Under the pieces are notes generated by a model. The model was not told where the DNA came from. It made no database searches and worked only from the letters and a program-made list of their open reading frames with translations. A stretch of DNA of 42,860 nucleotides. Origin: an uncultured Chloroflexota bacterium. GTDB lineage: Bacteria; Chloroflexota; UBA11872; VXNJ01. The DNA lies in contig CAYYTN010000002.1 in assembly GCA_964474495.1 (NCBI GenBank), positions 1-42,860 of the forward strand, written 5' to 3'. Each line of letters starts with the position of its first letter. The stretch's first letter is position 1. This document shows, piece by piece, positions 17,750 through 27,276 of the stretch. A program made the position numbers and the translations under genes.

Positions 17750-18565
17750 GTGGCGCCCCGGGGACGGTTGACACCGCCGGCTGTGCGGTCACTGGTAGCC
17801 GCGAACTACGGCAGGCGGACGGCTGAGTTCCGCCGAGTTGGGGGTGACGATTTTCCCGGGCTCTCCTGGGAGATTTCGCCGCGCGACAGGGTACTGGACC
17901 TCGGTTGTGGGGCAGGAGGGTCGCTGGTCCGCTTCGCCGCCAACCAGAGTTCGGCCGGGTGGCGGTGCGGCCTGGACATTTCGGAAACGATGCTACGCGC
18001 GGGCAGGGAGACCTTTGAAGGACGGGGGGAGGCGGCGGCGTGGGTACTGGGTGACGCCGTGGATCTGCCCTTTGGAACGGGTAGCTTCGACTTCGTGATC
18101 AGTGCCAATGCCCTGAGTCATCGGGAGCGGGTGGAACGTTCCTATCGCGAAATCCGACGGGTCCTGAGGCCCGGAGGCGGTGCTGCCCTGAAGTTTCGCG
18201 ATGCGAGGTTGTTGGATCGCCCGGTCGAGGCCGCGTTCAGGGCGGCTCTCAGGGCAACTACGCCCAATTCGGAGGGCGCACTCGAGGGGGTGTACCGGCC
18301 GGCGCGCCTGGACCAGGGTATCGCGGCCTCCCGCGCGGCTGGATTCCGGGTCGAGCACGTGTCCAGTCTGCGGATCGATCGCGAAACCACTATGGATGCC
18401 GCAGTTCGACGGTTTCAGGTCGTTGCTGGATACATGCTTGACGCGATTGATGATGCGGATCGGGCTGAATTGGTCCGGCGGCTAGGAGAATTGCTGGAAT
18501 CGTCCGCTCGTGGCGGTTTCATCCTCAACTACGAAGCCCAGGGGACGCTGTTCCTGAGGGCCTAG
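17750..18565 (+). CDS. class I SAM-dependent methyltransferase
   Basis: VLDLGCGAGGSL (motif I), LPFGTGSFDFVISANAL and RVLRPGGGAAL match the Methyltransf_11/25-type pattern. The substrate is unknown. Confidence 0.8.
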   Translation: MAPRGRLTPPAVRSLVAANYGRRTAEFRRVGGDDFPGLSWEISPRDRVLDLGCGAGGSLVRFAANQSSAGWRCGLDISETMLRAGRETFEGRGEAAAWVLGDAVDLPFGTGSFDFVISANALSHRERVERSYREIRRVLRPGGGAALKFRDARLLDRPVEAAFRAALRATTPNSEGALEGVYRPARLDQGIAASRAAGFRVEHVSSLRIDRETTMDAAVRRFQVVAGYMLDAIDDADRAELVRRLGELLESSARGGFILNYEAQGTLFLRA

Positions 18566-19752
18566 CCGGTCGCGCAACCGGTGGAAACCGGGTCAGCGCC
18601 CGGCGCGGGACCGGAAACCGCCGAGATCGTGGCCCTGATTTCTCGCTCGGTACCGGAAATGAGGTATGAACCGTCGACGCCGCGCACGATCGCTCCGGGG
18701 ACGGCATCTGCCTGGACTACGCCCTGCTGGACGGAGCTGATTGAGCCGGAGGCGGCCAGCCGGCCAAGTTCAATGATTCGGCCCATGGGCAGATCGGTCT
18801 CGACCGCGTGGCCGAGCTCAACCAGCAGCGACGGAAGGACCAGCAGGGTCTGCGGCCGTGAGAGTGCGTCAAACAGGCCGACGACGATCTGCTGCTGGCG
18901 GCAGATGCGGGCGAAATCTCCGGACGGGTCGTACCTTCGGGTTCTGGCGAACATCAATGCTTCCCGCCCGTTGAGCAGGTTCGGACCGCTCGACAACTGC
19001 AACAAGGAGGAACTGCCGTCGGGATGGGGGACAACATCATTGAACTCGCGATCGGCGAAGACGGATACTCCCCCGAGCCTGTCAATGACGGTGGCGAAAC
19101 TGATGGCGACGTAGTGCTCGATGCTCTGTCCGGTGAGTTCGGATACGACCTGGAGCATTGCGTCGGCGCCGTAGCGTGGATATACGGAGTTCAGGCGGTC
19201 GGTCCAGCGGGCGCAGTCGCCGATGCAAAGGTCCCGCGGAAATGACACCAGGGCAGCTGTTTGCCGGTCGAAGTCGACGCTGAGGAGCATGATGACGTCG
19301 GTGTTACCCCCCAATCCATCGAGCTGGTCTACCCCGAGGATCAGGATGTTGAACCGGCCTTCCGGGACCGTGCCGGCGACTGCGGCCGGCTGATCGAGGA
19401 AGATCGGGCCGGAGAGCACGCTTGGGGCAGCCGAGTCGCCCTGGATCGGAGGAGAGAAGGGCGCGATGAAGCTCGAATCCGTCTCGGATGCGCCGATCCC
19501 GGGTGACCGTCCGGCGACCACCGCTAGGGGGAAATCGGTTTGCCCGGCGGCAACGTGGCGTCGCTCGATCATCTCCTGGAAACCCCGCGGGTCAGCCGGC
19601 ACGGCCGGAGACCGCATGGAAAGGAGGGCAAAGGCGGCGGCGCCCAGTAGCACCCCGGCCGCGATTCCCCCGAGGGCGGCCGTGGCGACAAGCGAAAGGC
19701 GCAGCCAGCGCCAGAAGGACGGCTGCAAGAACGGTCGGGCGTCAGACGACAT
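18562..19752 (-). CDS. LytR-CpsA-Psr (LCP) family cell-envelope protein
   Basis: Track ORF trimmed to ATG 19752 (MSSDARPF...). It has an N-terminal TM segment, then FNILILGVDQ...NTDVIMLLSVD...SFPRDL...LNGREALMFARTR, the LCP domain signature. Confidence 0.85.
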   Translation of the reverse strand: MSSDARPFLQPSFWRWLRLSLVATAALGGIAAGVLLGAAAFALLSMRSPAVPADPRGFQEMIERRHVAAGQTDFPLAVVAGRSPGIGASETDSSFIAPFSPPIQGDSAAPSVLSGPIFLDQPAAVAGTVPEGRFNILILGVDQLDGLGGNTDVIMLLSVDFDRQTAALVSFPRDLCIGDCARWTDRLNSVYPRYGADAMLQVVSELTGQSIEHYVAISFATVIDRLGGVSVFADREFNDVVPHPDGSSSLLQLSSGPNLLNGREALMFARTRRYDPSGDFARICRQQQIVVGLFDALSRPQTLLVLPSLLVELGHAVETDLPMGRIIELGRLAASGSISSVQQGVVQADAVPGAIVRGVDGSYLISGTEREIRATISAVSGPAPGADPVSTGCATG

Positions 19753-19916
19753 TGTATTCCATGAGGTGGTTGATCGGACCCTCGGGCCTATTCTCGTCAC
19801 GGTCCGGGGTCGGCACCAGCGTGGGCGCCGCACTTTGTCATATCCTCTGTACTCCAGAACCCCGGATGGGGCCGTTTCGTCACGGCGAATCCGAAGGTGG
19901 AGCCCTGAAGAGGAAC

Positions 19917-20810
19917 GTGGCAAGGAGCGGGATTGGCGGTTTCGGGCGGATTCTGGCCAGATTCACGGCGGGGGCGATAGGCAGGATACCGGCCGGGGCC
20001 CGGCAGTGGCTGGCGCTGGGGATAGGCAGGCTGCTGTTTGTCGTCTGGCGATCGCGACGCCGGTTGGCGATCTACTGGGCGGCCCGGGCGCTGGGAGTGC
20101 CCGGCGGGGATCGGGAGGCGCGCCGGGTCGGTCGCCGGAGTTTCGTGAATTTCGCCCGCTTTTCCATGGATTTCGTGGCCAGTTCGCGGCTGGCGGCCCA
20201 CGAGCATGTTGAAAACCTGGTAGCGGTCGAAAATGGGGCGGCGATCGACCAGATCGCTGGCGGCGAGGGTGGATGCCTGTTCTTGACCGGCCACATCGGC
20301 AACTGGGAGATCCTGGGTTCGTGGCTGGCGACCCGGGCCGGGCCGACGCGTCGCTTTCGCGTCGTGGCGCTCCCGCTCGAAGTGGACTGCTTCGATGACA
20401 TCGCGCACGGCATTCGACAGCGGCACGGCTTTGACGCGGTTTCGACGGTGGGGGGCGCGCGGGATGTGCTACGGAGCCTGCGGGGGGGTGATTGGGTGGC
20501 GGCGCTTGTGGACCGGCCGGTGCCGGCGATCAACGAGCGGGTCGAGTTCCTCGGTAAGGTCGGGCCCCATCCGGTTGGGATCGCGCGCCTGGCGGGTAGG
20601 GCCGGGGTACCGATCGTAATGGGCGCCTGCTGGGAGAGCGGCCGAGGCGTCTACGAGGCGGAACTCTGGCCGCCATTCGAGGCGACGCACAATACCGCTG
20701 GGGAAGACATTGGTAGAAGGGTCGCCGCGAACCTTGAAGCCATGGTGCGGCGTCATCCGGACCAGTGGTACATCGCGTTCACCTCCGGGCAGACAATTGA
20801 CCTCCCCTGA
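19917..20810 (+). CDS. lysophospholipid/LpxL-PatA family acyltransferase
   Basis: GTG 19917 follows GAAGAGGAA, within track ORF 19488..20810. Contains CLFLTGHIGNWEILG (HX4E acyltransferase motif) and GPHPVGIARLA. Confidence 0.75.
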   Translation: MARSGIGGFGRILARFTAGAIGRIPAGARQWLALGIGRLLFVVWRSRRRLAIYWAARALGVPGGDREARRVGRRSFVNFARFSMDFVASSRLAAHEHVENLVAVENGAAIDQIAGGEGGCLFLTGHIGNWEILGSWLATRAGPTRRFRVVALPLEVDCFDDIAHGIRQRHGFDAVSTVGGARDVLRSLRGGDWVAALVDRPVPAINERVEFLGKVGPHPVGIARLAGRAGVPIVMGACWESGRGVYEAELWPPFEATHNTAGEDIGRRVAANLEAMVRRHPDQWYIAFTSGQTIDLP

Positions 20811-20843
20811 AGAAGAGATCGCGGGGCTGAACGGGGCAATGCG

Positions 20844-22238
20844 GTGACTGGTGCGGAGCTGGTGACCGCCGCCGAGCAGGACCTGTTCGCGCTGATTCAG
20901 GGCGAGGCCGCGCCTGTGGTCGCATTCGGGCGCGGGACCGCGGTTGCTCGTGGGGAGGCTCGCTTGAAGCGGATCCGGGCCCTCCTGGAGGCCGGCGGCC
21001 ACCCGGATCGATCCTACCCGGTGGTCCACATCGCCGGGACCTCGGGGAAGGGTTCGGTATCCACGTTCGTGGATGCCATCTGCCGAGAAGCCGGGATCGC
21101 TTCCGGCCTGCACACGACCCCCTACCTGCAAACTCCGCTGGAGAAGCTAGTCTCGCAGGGAAGAATGGCGACACCGCGGGAGTTTCGGGACCTGGTCGAT
21201 TGGGTTCTCCGCCTACAAAGCGAGCTGACGGCGCTGGATCCGGCCCACGAGGCCCGCTACGGAAGCAGTTGGGTGGCGCTGACCCTGGAGTACTTTCGCC
21301 GAGCGGGGGTGGATCTGGCGATCCTGGAGGCGGGGGCCGGGGGTCGGTTCGATCTGACGAACGCGGTTGAGCCGCTGGTCGCGGCGGTCACCTCGGTGGG
21401 CCACGACCACGAGAAGACGCTGGGGCCGACGATCCGCGACATCGCCTGGCACAAGGCCGGCATTTTCAAGGCCGGCGCGCCGGCGATCATGCTGGAGACC
21501 CGGGCCGATGTTCTCGAGGTGCTGCTCCGGGAGGCGCAGGGTGCGGGAGCCCGCACCCGCATCCTGCGCCCGGGTGCGGACTTCTCCGGCGACGACGGCC
21601 GGCTGACGTTTCGGGGCGACAGGATCGGGTTCGAGGCGTGCAAACCGGGCTTGGCCGGGCGGTATCAATTGGAGAACGCCGCGGTAGCGGCCGCGATCGT
21701 CGACGAAGTGGCCGGGGCCGGCTTCTCGATTTCATCGCGGGACGCGGTCCGCGGCCTGAGCGGAGCCCGAATGCCGGGCCGCCTCGAGAAAGTGGCGGAC
21801 GGGCCGGCCGTCTACCTGGACGGTGCCCACAACCGGGACAAGGCGGCGGCGCTGGCGGGGGCGCTGTCCGATCTGCTGGAGGGCCGGCGACTGGTGCTGG
21901 TGCTGGGCGTGCTGGGCTACAAGGCGATGGCGGAGGTGGCCGCTCCGCTGGCGGCGATCGCGGCGAAGGTCGTGGCGACCGAGCCGGTGGTGCATATGAA
22001 ACGGGCGTTCCCGGCGAGCGATTTGCAGGAGATCGTGGGGCGCTACTGTGCCCTGGTCGAGGTTGAGCCCGACCCGTCGGCGGCCGTGCGGATGGCCCTG
22101 GCGGAAGCGGATGACGACGATGTCGTCTGTGTCGCCGGGTCCATGTACCTGGTCGGCAATGTGCGCTCGCAGTGGTACCCGACGGAGCGGATCATCGCGG
22201 CGGGAACATCGTGGCCGCCGCCCGGAGCCGGCGACTGA
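20844..22238 (+). CDS. folC: bifunctional folylpolyglutamate synthase/dihydrofolate synthase
   Basis: Mur-ligase fold with a FolC-type P-loop (HIAGTSGKGS), then SVGHDHEKTLG, IAWHKAGIFK and YLDGAHN. Confidence 0.85.
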   Translation: MTGAELVTAAEQDLFALIQGEAAPVVAFGRGTAVARGEARLKRIRALLEAGGHPDRSYPVVHIAGTSGKGSVSTFVDAICREAGIASGLHTTPYLQTPLEKLVSQGRMATPREFRDLVDWVLRLQSELTALDPAHEARYGSSWVALTLEYFRRAGVDLAILEAGAGGRFDLTNAVEPLVAAVTSVGHDHEKTLGPTIRDIAWHKAGIFKAGAPAIMLETRADVLEVLLREAQGAGARTRILRPGADFSGDDGRLTFRGDRIGFEACKPGLAGRYQLENAAVAAAIVDEVAGAGFSISSRDAVRGLSGARMPGRLEKVADGPAVYLDGAHNRDKAAALAGALSDLLEGRRLVLVLGVLGYKAMAEVAAPLAAIAAKVVATEPVVHMKRAFPASDLQEIVGRYCALVEVEPDPSAAVRMALAEADDDDVVCVAGSMYLVGNVRSQWYPTERIIAAGTSWPPPGAGD

Positions 22239-22389
22239 GTTGGCGATTGTTTTCCGTAAGGCGGAGGTGAGGGGAGTGATGGTGATTTGATCCTGCCGGG
22301 GTCGCCGGCTCTCTGGAAGTACACCGCCACGCCTACTCCAACCCGAGAGGGACTGTTCGGTCCGCCGCATTACCGGGTGCTCATCGGAG

Positions 22390-22419
22390 TTACCATGGAG
22401 ACAACCGATTCGCTACAAT
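22390..22419 (+). promoter_or_regulatory. candidate sigma70-like promoter for the XRE regulator
   Basis: TTACCA (22390-22395), an 18-nt spacer, then TACAAT (22414-22419), about 30 nt upstream of the ATG at 22451. Pattern match only. Confidence 0.3.
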
Positions 22420-22450
22420 CAGGTCCTTCTCGAAATCCAGGCTGGGGCAA

Positions 22451-23125
22451 ATGGGATTTGCGGACGTGGTAAAAGTGATGCGCGAGCAGCGGCACCTGAC
22501 GAAGGCTGAGCTCGCTGAACGGAGTGGCCTGGCGCCGTCGTACCTGTCGCGGCTGGAGTCGGGCGACTACAAGAGCCCGTCCATCGAGACGCTGGTTTCG
22601 ATCGCCCGTGGAATGGAGATGGACCCCCGCGATCTGCTAGTTCTGTCCGGGTATGTCCCGGAGGACTATGTGTCGGCGGCGCGAGTGGTTTCCGAGGAAC
22701 AGGTGGTCCGGATCACGCAGGAGGCGATTCGCCGAATCTCGGAAGTGGCGCGGGACTCGCTGAATGCGTCGGCGGATATGGAGTCGATCTCGCAATCGGG
22801 TGGGTTCGATCCGGAATCGCTGGCCGACAAGCTGACGCAACGTCGCCAGTTGGTGGGGCTGACAATCAATCAGGTGGCGCGGCGGGCACGGGTGCCGCAA
22901 CGCCAGATCGCCGACCTGGAGGACGGCTCGGTCGAGTACGAGCCTCCCGAACTGCGCCATATTCTGGTCGGCGGGTACGGCCTTTCGGACCAGGAGGTCG
23001 GGCGGTTGATCATCGAGATGTCGCTGCACAGCCTTTTGCGGCGCCAGCCCGAGGTCAGCGAGTCGCAGCGGACGATGATCGTTGACGTTGCCATCGCCGC
23101 GATGCGTCGCGAGGACACCGACTAG
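22451..23125 (+). CDS. XRE-family transcriptional regulator with two HTH domains
   Basis: The first HTH is HLTKAELAERSGLAPSYLSRLESG. The second is GLTINQVARRARVPQRQIADLEDG. The start may instead be ATG 22478 (MREQRHL...). Confidence 0.8.
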   Translation: MGFADVVKVMREQRHLTKAELAERSGLAPSYLSRLESGDYKSPSIETLVSIARGMEMDPRDLLVLSGYVPEDYVSAARVVSEEQVVRITQEAIRRISEVARDSLNASADMESISQSGGFDPESLADKLTQRRQLVGLTINQVARRARVPQRQIADLEDGSVEYEPPELRHILVGGYGLSDQEVGRLIIEMSLHSLLRRQPEVSESQRTMIVDVAIAAMRREDTD

Positions 23126-23171
23126 CCAGAATCCGCAGCGGTCCCGGACCCTGCCCGGGAATGAACTCCCG

Positions 23172-25055
23172 CTACTGGGCCGGGACCACCGCTATCGCGG
23201 TGGTGTCATCGCTCGCGAGGCCTTCGCCGGTCTGGTACTTGGTCCACCCGGTCCCAGAGGGAGCGCTGGGGTCGTAGCGGCTGATGCCGTTGGCGGTGGC
23301 GATCCAGAGAATGCCCGCGGCGTCTTCGGCGATCGCCCTGACGTTGGCGTCGATGAGGCCGGAATTGCCGGTGTTGAAGTTGTTGAATGTGAGACTCCAT
23401 CGGGTGAGTCCGCCGGCGGTTGCCAGCCAGACGGTACCGTCGGAAGCGATGAAGATCTCGTTGATTGTGTCGCTGCCTAGCCCGTTGGCGGTCGTGTTGG
23501 TGGTGAAGGTGCCGGCGGTACCACTCGGCGACTGGGCGACACCAGCGCCGTTTGTGCCGATCCAGACGGTGCCCGCCGACGGAGACACCGACACGGCGTT
23601 GATATCGACACTGGGCAGGTTGGTGGCGTCGACCGTCTGGAGCACCGACCAGGAGTCGTTGGCGCCGTCAAAGAAGGCCACACCGTTCCCGGTGGCTATC
23701 CAAACCCGGTTGAGGCTGGAATCCACCAGGTAGAGATCGCGGACCGCGTTACTGGGCAGGCTGCTGCTGTCGGTTCGATAGCGGTGGTACTGATCCTGGG
23801 TGGCGGCGAGCAACTGGCTGGGGTCGTAGGCGCTGACCCCGGCGTCGGGATGGCCGATAAACATCACCCCGCCGGGACTGGTGCCCGCGAGAGCGCTCAC
23901 ATTGTTGCTGCCCATTCCCGAGCTGAAGGTGGCGTCCAGCGTGAGATCGCGATTGAAGCGGTAGAGCCGGTCATCGGTGCCAACCCAGATGCGGTTGTCA
24001 CCATCGACGAACAGCGCGTTGATCGAGTCGCTGCCCAGATCGGAGTTGTCGACGTTGACGGTCCGCCATGTGGTCCCGTCGAAGACAGAGAAACCGTTGC
24101 CGGCGGTGCCGATGACGAGCAACTCCTTGGTCGTATCGACAGAGGGGACCGGGGTGGCGGTGGGGACTGCTGTTGGCGTCGCCGCCGGGGTCGCCTCGAC
24201 CCGGAGGACGGTGTAGGACTGACCGGCCAAGAGAGCGGTGGCGCCCTGGAACGGCACCAGCGCCACCCAGGTGTTGTTGGGGTAGGTCTGGTCGCGAAGT
24301 TGGTCGCCCAGCAGGGTCAGTGTGACCCGGTAGCCCGGCGCGTTGTTCGGGAAACTCTCCAGCACGGCCGCCTGGAAATACTGGCGGGTGATGCCGGGCG
24401 TGGAGCCGGGAGCCAGCAGGGTGCCGACATTGCCGGTGTCCTCGCGGGCGTCAGTCTTGGGAAAGCCGAAGCTGTTAACGCCGCCGAGCCGGTCGAAGAA
24501 GTCGCGGAAGCCGGTGGTCTTGCCGGTGACGTCGACGTTGGAGATCTTGTGGCCCCAGGGACCCAGCGCGGTGCCGGTGTTGGGATTGGTGATGCCGGGC
24601 TCGACGCCCTGATCGGTGCTGCCGCCGAGGCCGCCCCCCATGTAGTCCCAGGTGAGCCGGCGCTCGAGCACCCAGATGCCGCCGAGGTCGTTGCGCTTGT
24701 GGAAATCGACGGTCCCGCGCTGGTAGTACTGGGTTAGCGCGCCGCTCTCCTCTTCGAAAACTTCAGAAGTGGGCAGGCCCCAGCGATCGGCGGCGCCGGT
24801 GCTGTCGTAGTGGTCCTTGAAATTGGCGTCCTGGAAAGTGCCGTCGATGCTCACCCGCAGGTTGGGGATGTTGTGCCGCAGGCTGGTGTTGGCGCCGGTG
24901 GGATCGGTGACGAAGTCGTTGGCGAGCACCGTGACCGACGTGAACGTCGTGGCGGCCGCCCCTGCGGGGACCGCGAGGGAGGTAGCCACGAGGAGCAGTC
25001 CGGCAAACGCCGCAATCAGGACGATCGCCGGCGTCCGGCGCCACTGTTTGGCCAT
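23172..25055 (-). CDS. secreted protein: LGFP-like repeats, PT-rich linker, Reg_prop-type beta-propeller
   Basis: ATG 25055 lies 8 nt after GGAGG. Signal/TM segment MAKQWRRTPAIVLIAAFAGLLLVATSLAVPAGAAA. Repeats of the form WGLPTSE...QYYQRGTVDF and FGFPKTDAR...RQYFQAAVLE. Linker ATPAATPTAVPTATPVP. C-terminal repeated ...VWIGT/IWVGT/VWLAT/LWIAT... blades resemble two-component-regulator propeller repeats. Confidence 0.7.
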   Translation of the reverse strand: MAKQWRRTPAIVLIAAFAGLLLVATSLAVPAGAAATTFTSVTVLANDFVTDPTGANTSLRHNIPNLRVSIDGTFQDANFKDHYDSTGAADRWGLPTSEVFEEESGALTQYYQRGTVDFHKRNDLGGIWVLERRLTWDYMGGGLGGSTDQGVEPGITNPNTGTALGPWGHKISNVDVTGKTTGFRDFFDRLGGVNSFGFPKTDAREDTGNVGTLLAPGSTPGITRQYFQAAVLESFPNNAPGYRVTLTLLGDQLRDQTYPNNTWVALVPFQGATALLAGQSYTVLRVEATPAATPTAVPTATPVPSVDTTKELLVIGTAGNGFSVFDGTTWRTVNVDNSDLGSDSINALFVDGDNRIWVGTDDRLYRFNRDLTLDATFSSGMGSNNVSALAGTSPGGVMFIGHPDAGVSAYDPSQLLAATQDQYHRYRTDSSSLPSNAVRDLYLVDSSLNRVWIATGNGVAFFDGANDSWSVLQTVDATNLPSVDINAVSVSPSAGTVWIGTNGAGVAQSPSGTAGTFTTNTTANGLGSDTINEIFIASDGTVWLATAGGLTRWSLTFNNFNTGNSGLIDANVRAIAEDAAGILWIATANGISRYDPSAPSGTGWTKYQTGEGLASDDTTAIAVVPAQ

Positions 25056-25244
25056 CTTCCAAACCTCCATAACCCGGCGCCGGGGCATCGGCGCGACGGG
25101 TGGCACGGTCGTGGGGCGCCCGGCTTTTCGGGGCCCGGTCAGATCGAGCCGATTATAGACCTACCAGTTCCGCTGAAGGCACGTTGTGCACAACCCATGG
25201 GATACAGGGTGGGTCTGGCCTCCGAGAAGCACCAGATATTGTGG

Positions 25245-25451
25245 CTATTCGCGCGGCCGCGACCAGAAGGTGATGATGGCCTCTTCGGCCTCGCCGCGAG
25301 CGTCCCAGGCGGCCCGCAGGCGGGCATGGTCGAACGCGCCCTCGCCGTAGGCCTGCCCGGCCAGCAGCTCGCGGACGGCCTCGGACGTGGTTTTCCACCG
25401 GCGCAGCAGGCTGGCCAGCTCGCTGCGCTCGCGGCGGGATATGTTGATCAT
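25245..25451 (-). CDS. hypothetical small protein co-oriented with the DNA methyltransferase
   Basis: 68 aa with very strong G/C third-position bias. It starts 27 nt after the methyltransferase stop, behind GAGGGGG. Predicted helical and charged. No family recognised. Confidence 0.55.
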   Translation of the reverse strand: MINISRRERSELASLLRRWKTTSEAVRELLAGQAYGEGAFDHARLRAAWDARGEAEEAIITFWSRPRE

Positions 25452-25478
25452 GGCTTCGGCGCCCCCTCGACTTCTCGG

Positions 25479-27089
25479 CTAGCGACGTTTCAAGACGAGC
25501 AGGGGATGGCGCTGCTCGGCGCCGCGGCTGGTGCGCTGGACGTAGGTATTTTGCGACATCTCGATGCGGGCGGTGTTGTCCACCAACCCGAACCCGGCCG
25601 ATTGGAAGGCGTGGACCAGCAGCTCAGAGGTGCCCCGGTAGGAATCAGTGTAGGTGATGACCGCATGCGCCCCGGGCTTCATGACCCGGCGGGTCTCCGC
25701 GGCCAGCCGCTCGATCTTGATTTCCCAGTCCGCCGCCGATTTGCCGCGCGCCCGGTTGAGAACGAGTTCGTCCTCCCCCCAAATCTCTGTGAAGCCGAGC
25801 CAGGCCTCCCAGACGAGGTTCAATTCCGAGAACTGGATCTTGTCCGAGTAGGGCGGGTCCAGGAACGCGAAATCGATCGATTCGTCGGGAATTGGGGACA
25901 GGTCAGTGGCGTCGCCGATGCCGGCCCAGGCGCTGGCGGGACCTTCGCGGGCTTGGGAAAGGGCATCGGCGCCGCGGGCGATATTGCCGACGATGCGCGG
26001 TAATGACACCAGCGGGTTGCGTTCTTTGCGGACGGGCGGCACGTAATACATGCCGGGCAGGTAGCCGCCTCCGCCCTCGAGGTGCTGGGCCTTGAGGCTC
26101 AGGCTCATCAGGCCGGCGGTCAGGATGAACAGCAGCGTCTCCTGGTCGGCGCCGGCATATTGGTCGATACCGGAACGGAGGGCGGCAAGGGAGCGCAGGT
26201 TGCGAGGCGTGAAAAGTCGATCGACGCTCGTGATACCGCGACCGATGAGTTCGGCGGTCTTCATACCCGGGGGAAAGGCCGTGGTGGGGAACCATCCCGA
26301 GATTGGCGCGGCGGCGGCGCGCTCGATGCCGGCGAGATCGAGTTCGTGAAATGCCGCCCGGGATTTTGGGTGGGGGTCGTCGTGGCGACGCCGGAATCGG
26401 GCCGGCCGGCAACTGCCGCGACAGCGGCCGGCCATCTCGACAACCTCCTGGCCTTCGCGGGGTCGCGGCCGGGGGAGGTCGTGCCGGCAATTCGGGCACA
26501 GCTTCCGGCGACCTTCGCGAAGGGCTTTCTCGGCCAGGAAGAGCTGATTGCAGTCAGGGCAGCGGTAGCGGTCGCTGATGACGGTGAATCCAGTGGCGGC
26601 GGGGCCGCCGCAGCGGTGACAGCGCGTCGTGTAGAGGTCTTCGATCTGCTGGCCGACGCGATCCAGCAGGGAGGCGAAGAGTTGCTTGATGGTGGCGCCG
26701 TCAGGCAAGGCCAGCGCCACTCTGGAGATGAAGGCCGCGGCCGGGGAGCGGTCGATGCCGATTCCGTTCCGGCCGGCCACGCTAGCCATCAGCAGCGTGC
26801 CGCCGGATCCGCAGAACGGGTCCAGGACCAGGTCGCCGGGTCGGGAGAAGGCCGCGATGCAGGCAGAGACGACCTCGTGCGGCTTCTTGGACCAGTAGCC
26901 GTGCAGGCGATAGGTGCGAGCGGTCCGGGTACCGGGCTCAAGCCGAAGGCGGCCGGGGGTGGCCGGGGTTGAGTTGGAATGGCGGTGCCGCTGCACGAAG
27001 GTCCGCAGCGACCCATCGCCGGCCCTGGGGGCGAGGGGGCCCCGGGGAACATCAGCCGAGCGTTGTACGGCTGACGGAATGGCGGCCAT
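25479..27089 (-). CDS. DNA methyltransferase (N4/N6 amino-MTase), motif I first and DPPY last, with Zn-ribbon insert
   Basis: ATG 27089 follows GGAGG. HGYWSKKPHEV and LVLDPFCGSGGTLL (AdoMet motif I) lie near the N-terminus. The middle has CHRCGG..(x)..CPDC and CPNC cysteine pairs. FAFLDPPY (catalytic motif IV) lies near the C-terminus. The layout resembles COG1743-type adenine methylases with a Zn ribbon. Confidence 0.8.
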   Translation of the reverse strand: MAAIPSAVQRSADVPRGPLAPRAGDGSLRTFVQRHRHSNSTPATPGRLRLEPGTRTARTYRLHGYWSKKPHEVVSACIAAFSRPGDLVLDPFCGSGGTLLMASVAGRNGIGIDRSPAAAFISRVALALPDGATIKQLFASLLDRVGQQIEDLYTTRCHRCGGPAATGFTVISDRYRCPDCNQLFLAEKALREGRRKLCPNCRHDLPRPRPREGQEVVEMAGRCRGSCRPARFRRRHDDPHPKSRAAFHELDLAGIERAAAAPISGWFPTTAFPPGMKTAELIGRGITSVDRLFTPRNLRSLAALRSGIDQYAGADQETLLFILTAGLMSLSLKAQHLEGGGGYLPGMYYVPPVRKERNPLVSLPRIVGNIARGADALSQAREGPASAWAGIGDATDLSPIPDESIDFAFLDPPYSDKIQFSELNLVWEAWLGFTEIWGEDELVLNRARGKSAADWEIKIERLAAETRRVMKPGAHAVITYTDSYRGTSELLVHAFQSAGFGLVDNTARIEMSQNTYVQRTSRGAEQRHPLLVLKRR

Positions 27090-27276
27090 CTGACCTCCGG
27101 CGACTAGAAATATCTCGGGGGCAAGGATAGGCCAGCGGGGGGAGGCGGGCTCGGCGGATGAAGCGGCGGGGGGCCGGGCCGAAAGAACGCGGCGGAATTG
27201 TAAGCTGGTTAACAGACCGCCCATCCCGCCAGGCGCATAGTACGCTGGTCCGAGCTAGTATCGGGCAGCCGTCAAA

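Noticed and set aside
23784-26003. + strand ORFs 23784..24737 and 24810..26003
   Set aside because: They are antisense shadows of the propeller gene, the small ORF and the methyltransferase. Gly/Arg/Val/Asp-rich, with no motifs.
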